Below are positions 59,760 through 64,000 of a stretch of 64,000 nt of DNA, piece after piece (the first letter of the stretch is position 1; every line of letters starts with the position of its first letter). The stretch comes from Vicugna vicugna (taxonomy: Eukaryota): positions 6,468,956-6,532,955 of the forward strand of contig MU058384.1 of assembly GCA_013265495.1 (NCBI GenBank), read 5' to 3'. The notes below the pieces were generated by a model. It did not search any database. It worked only from the letters and a program-made list of their open reading frames with translations, and was not told the DNA's origin. Position numbers and translations under genes: made by a program.

Positions 59760-60960
59760 ACTGGCAAAAAAATGAATTGTCACTGACATTACGTCGGCCC
59801 ATTGGAGACCCTCTCTGCTACTTTCCGTGATCTGGGAACCATTAAACATGGTAGATCGATAGGGTCCTGGGCAGGAATTTAAATAATGATTTCTAATAAA
59901 ACCTATTTTAGACCATTTGGGCCAGAAGATAGAGACAAGTCACAAAACATAATGTGTTTAAAGCCGCTCTCCCTCCCTTTCTGTCTTTTTTTAAAGAGCT
60001 GAATAATGGAAGAGAGATCTGGTGATAAGGCACAAAAAAGGCCTTTCGGTCCTGGCCAATCTGCTTAGCTAATGGCTGTAAACTGACACCCCTAATGAAA
60101 TAAAAATGTCTCAGTTCAAGTGCATAGCCGCGCAATTGTTAACAACCCTGAACTCTGGCTGTGCTCCCGGTGATGGGCACTAAGTAAACGCCCTGACAAT
60201 TTCCCATGACTTCCTTCCTCTCAGTCCCGGCCCATTGACAGGCCAGTAAAAGAATCCTGCCCCCAATTAAAGGCGGTAGCATCAGGGATTGAGGCCAGGG
60301 AAACTGAGGGGTGTATCATTTTGATCTCTTCTCTCTGCTCCTGAAAGTGGACCGCTTGTTTTTCCTGTCCAGTCCTCAGGACTGTGAGGGGTAATGGGCG
60401 GGAGCCGTGGGCTTTTTAAAAAGGTGCCGGTAGAAACACAGAGGATTCTGGAGCCTGGAGGCTCTCACAGCCCCTCATTGTGCCCTTGGCCTCGCGTGGC
60501 CGCGCTCCTCCGAGCTCTGCGGCGGTGCAGACGGCCGGCGGAGGGAAAACCCTGTTCAAATGTGCTAAGACTGGATGGCTGTGGTGAACACGGTTTCCCC
60601 TGGCTCCCCCTCACAGCTTGCAGTTGTCTGATTTCAATCAGCGGCGGTTCCCTCCACATGTACAGCCATCAATCTTCTGCCGCCCCTGGATGAGTGTGGC
60701 ACAGCACGGGGCATGTTCCAGTTAAAAAATAGCCTTTGCCGCAGCTCTCCCTCCTCAGCCCCTGATAAGTCTGCCTTTGATATTTTTATTAAAAGAGAAA
60801 GAAAACACATTGGGAAATATGTTTCATTTCTTACAGCTCAGCCCAGAGCCCCTGAGGTGGAGGACGACATTTCCAGGTGGAAAGGAAAGGCTCTCTCCTG
60901 CGCAGCGGAATCTCTGCACTCTCTACCATGGTGCTGGCATCATCCTGGTGATGTATGTCG
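59760..60960. promoter_or_regulatory. candidate developmental enhancer with weak CpG island
   Basis: No repeat recognised; dense TAAT/ATTA, TGACA(G), TGGGAA, TGATAA, GTAAAC and CAATTGTT motifs at 59760-60330; about 18 CpGs counted by eye in 60390-60710. Confidence 0.5.
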
Positions 60961-62269
60961 ACATTTTTTACATGCAACAAACCAACATCACAACTTCCTC
61001 CAACGAGGGACATGCCTTTTAAGGAGAAATGTGGTTTTGAGAGACAGGATTTGAAAATAAATTGTGGTCCCACCCTCTACTTTTTTGTCAGACCCCCTGA
61101 AGGTTGTGGAAGCACCTCTGATAGCCTAGCTGAATCTCCTACTTCATAGCCCGCTCAGCCAGGAAGACAGGCCAAGGGTGGGAGGCGGGGTGGTGTCACT
61201 CCCAGGCCAGCTCTCCTGGCCAGCCTCCGGGAGATGCCTGCCCACTTAGTCACCTCCAGGAGACGACACAGTAAACATTCTGTAGCCAGGTTCCCTGTGC
61301 CTGGTTTAAAATAGGCTGTTCCAATCTTCTTATCATCAGGGGTCCACCTACCTTCCTGGCAGAGTCATTAGAGAAGCTTCTAGAGGTGCAGTGAGGGAGC
61401 CACCTGATACCTGCCTCTCCACCCTGCCCTGCCTTCTGTTCACCTGTTAAGGCTAAGGAGAGGCTGGCCTGGGGGAGTTTTTTTCCAATTAGTTTTTTAA
61501 ATGAGGTCAGTCGTTCACTGTTAAAAGGGACTTGTACCTGGCAACACAAGAACAGAATTTGAGGCAAAGGAGGAGTTCTCTCTATCCCAGCCTGTCATGC
61601 CCAATATTCTTTATGGGGGTATAGAATCCCTCCCCCCAAATCATCTGCCATCCTTATGGTATAAGGGCTTCCAGCAATGGCTCAAGAGCTTCTAAGAACA
61701 TTCTAGGAACACTGGGGAGGAGGGTGGGAAGCATTCTAGATGGCCTGATGCGGTAATTTGAGCTGAACAAATCTGTAGGTCAAGGAGCAATTATGTTTTG
61801 GAAAATCTTAGAATTAGAAATAGTGATAAAATATTCAGGACTTGAGGAAAACTTTGGAACTTTTTCTAAGTATCTGATACTGAGTATGCTCCAAAGTAGG
61901 ACCCAAGGACATGGTGACCCTTCTGCCCTGTGCATGACTATAGATAGTATTTATGGAAGGTATCCACATTTCAAAGAACTCTCCTGTTAGAGAGGGGAAG
62001 GAGAGTCCTAATAGCTCCAAAAACACAAGAAGGAAACAGTCTTTTCATTAAGTACCAGTTAAATGTTTTGTCCATCTGGTTAAGTCTTTTATCATGGACT
62101 GATTGAATTCAGTTACTGCTCCCAATTGCTGTCTTGCCATTGTCCATAAAATTTTACTAGTTCTGAAATTTTAAATTGTTGGAAGAATGAATAAAATTGC
62201 TATTTGTGCTGATAGTGATGATTAGGATGTCTATGGTTTAGGACTTTATGTCCTAATAATAACAGAATA

Positions 62270-62790
62270 AAAAATATTCATTCACTCAGCAAATATTTAG
62301 GGGGAGTCTGCTGTGTGTTAGACACTGCTCTTTGAGGTTGGGATACAGTAGAGAAGATAAAATATTCCACGGAACCAAAGGAGGATTTCATTATTTATAT
62401 GATGAGAAGGAGTAAGCCTAGAAGCATCCGGGAGAAGAATGTTTCATGCTGAGAAACCAGCTTGTGTGTGTGTGAGAAAAAGCAGGCAAGCAAGATGGTA
62501 AGGTGACCATCCATCCCAGTTTGCCCACAACTAAGGGAGTTCTCAGGACACAGGGCTTTCAGTGCTAAAACAAGAAGCCCTGGGCAAACTAAGAAGAGTG
62601 GGCCACTGCCTGTGTTCCTGGACATGCCAGATGAGAAGCTGGGAGAGAAGATGAGTTTGAACAGTTGAGCACGAGATCACGTGGGTCCCAGGAGGCCATA
62701 GTCGGGAGTTAATTTTATTCTGTGTTTGATGAGAGGAATTTGTAGGATAGCTGTGGGTCCCAGGCTCTTATTCTAGAAAAGATTTCTATT
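62270..62790 (-). mobile_element. L2 3' fragments flanking MER81
   Basis: ATTCATTCACTCAGCAAATATTTA..TGTGTGTTAGACACTG..GGGATACAGTAG; AGGCCATAG..GGAGTTAATTTTATTCTG. Confidence 0.65.
62499..62608. mobile_element. MER81-like hAT-Blackjack MITE
   Basis: TAAGGTGACCA..TCCCAGTTTGCCC..CTTTCAGTGCTAAAAC..CCTGGGCAAAC, about 110 bp. Confidence 0.75.
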
Positions 62791-63624
62791 GCATAATGAC
62801 GCTGACACTTGAATAATTTATTATTTAGTATTGAATGTATATGGGGTTAGATCAGCAATGGTCTTATAGGTGCTTTAATTCTAAGGAGTTTTGGAAAAGT
62901 GAAAAATATAACAGGCATGGAGTTGGAACGATCAGGCTTTGTAATTTGCTGAAGTTTTTACAAAGGCACCAGAGATAGAATGGGGAGAACAGGAGGGAGC
63001 TGGCCTTGGTATGAAGACTTTAATATCACGGATTGTCATTTCTCAATGGGATCGAGGAAGATTTGTTTTGGGAGGAATGAATTTATTTGTGGGAAAAGGA
63101 TTGGTTTGACCTATTGTATAGGGACTTCATCTGTGAGAGTTTGATAACGAGAGGGGGTATATTATTAAATTTTATCAGGTGGCAGGAAATACCAGACACT
63201 TGATGTTGACGCTGTTACTTGGGCTATGCTATAATCTGGTGCTCACTGTATAACCTTTTCTAGTGAACTTGCATAGAATTACAGCAGAGCATAAATCAAG
63301 AGGGAAAACAGAATGGAAAGTAACAATTGGAGATATTGTGTAATGTAACCTTGGGGAAATATTTGTATCCTGTATTGACCCCTATCAGAAGCTTCTGGAG
63401 GCAGCATTAAACAGGAATTTATCAAAGGCCTTGGGAACTGAACTGACCATCTCATTGGTCCTCTGTACTAAACGGTAGCCAAAGACTAGGGAACCAGCCT
63501 CACAGTGATGCCGGCAGGACAACTCTGACACTTCATTAAATTTGTCTCTCAAGGGAGACAGCCCAACCTCTAGTCGAATGCTCAGTTGTTAGTTCACATT
63601 TTACATGAATGCAGGAACTTCCTC

Positions 63625-64000
63625 CTTATTGGTCTCTCAAATTCCATTCTTGCCCTCCTGGAACCTATTCTCAGCAGAACAGTCAGAGTGATTTTTTTTT
63701 AAAAAAGCAAATAAGTTCATATCCACTCTGCTTAAAAGTCTGCCAATAACATCCCATGACAGCAAGAATGAAATCCAAGCTCTTTTGCATGGCCTGCAAG
63801 GCTCTACCTCTTCCGGCCACTGCCTTTTTCTCTAAGATCATCTTCTAGCAATTTCCTCTACCCTACATCCACTCTAGTCACCCTGGATTTCTTGCTCTTC
63901 CCAAAATACTCCAGCTTGTTTCCACATTGAAGCCTTTACATTCAGTAGTCCCAATTCTTGGAATGCTCTTCACCACATCTTTGCTGGATTTACTCCTTCA
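63625..64000 (+). mobile_element. L2a-like fragment running off the window end
   Basis: CAGTCAGAGTGATTTTTT..CACTCTGCTTAAAA..AGAATGAAATCCAAGCTC..ATGGCCTGCAAGGCTCTAC..TGGAATGCTCTT. Confidence 0.8.

Noticed and set aside
60394..61149. Cluster of overlapping ORFs on both strands
   Set aside because: Expected from locally high GC (fewer stop codons); no recognisable protein or coherent exon structure.

Overview
Mammalian non-coding genomic DNA, almost certainly from a camelid (camel/llama/alpaca): it carries six copies of a tRNA-Ala(AGC)-derived SINE that I recognise as the camelid vic-1 family. I recognise no protein-coding gene, rRNA, functional tRNA or CRISPR array, and most ORFs in the supplied track are chance frames or lie in repeats. 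Much of the window is interspersed repeat: L1 fragments of several ages, L2, MIR, MaLR/ERVL LTRs and hAT DNA transposons (MER45B, MER53, MER81, MER102, MER5). Repeat subfamily names come from my recall of consensus sequences, not from a search. The most interesting signals are: (i) L1 copies are strongly biased to the + strand and several well-formed minus-strand splice-site pairs exist, including a 238-nt exon candidate (29974-30211) whose frame is open end to end, hinting at an unannotated or decayed minus-strand transcription unit; (ii) repeat-poor, CpG-retaining, motif-dense blocks at about 14.4-15.0, 17.1-18.5, 40.1-40.3 and 59.7-61.0 kb that look like cis-regulatory elements; (iii) clean retrotransposition structures, including a twin-primed L1 inversion, a three-level MIR<L1<vic-1 nest and several TSD-bounded young insertions. 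I found no convincing novel biological system; the minus-strand transcript is a hypothesis to test.
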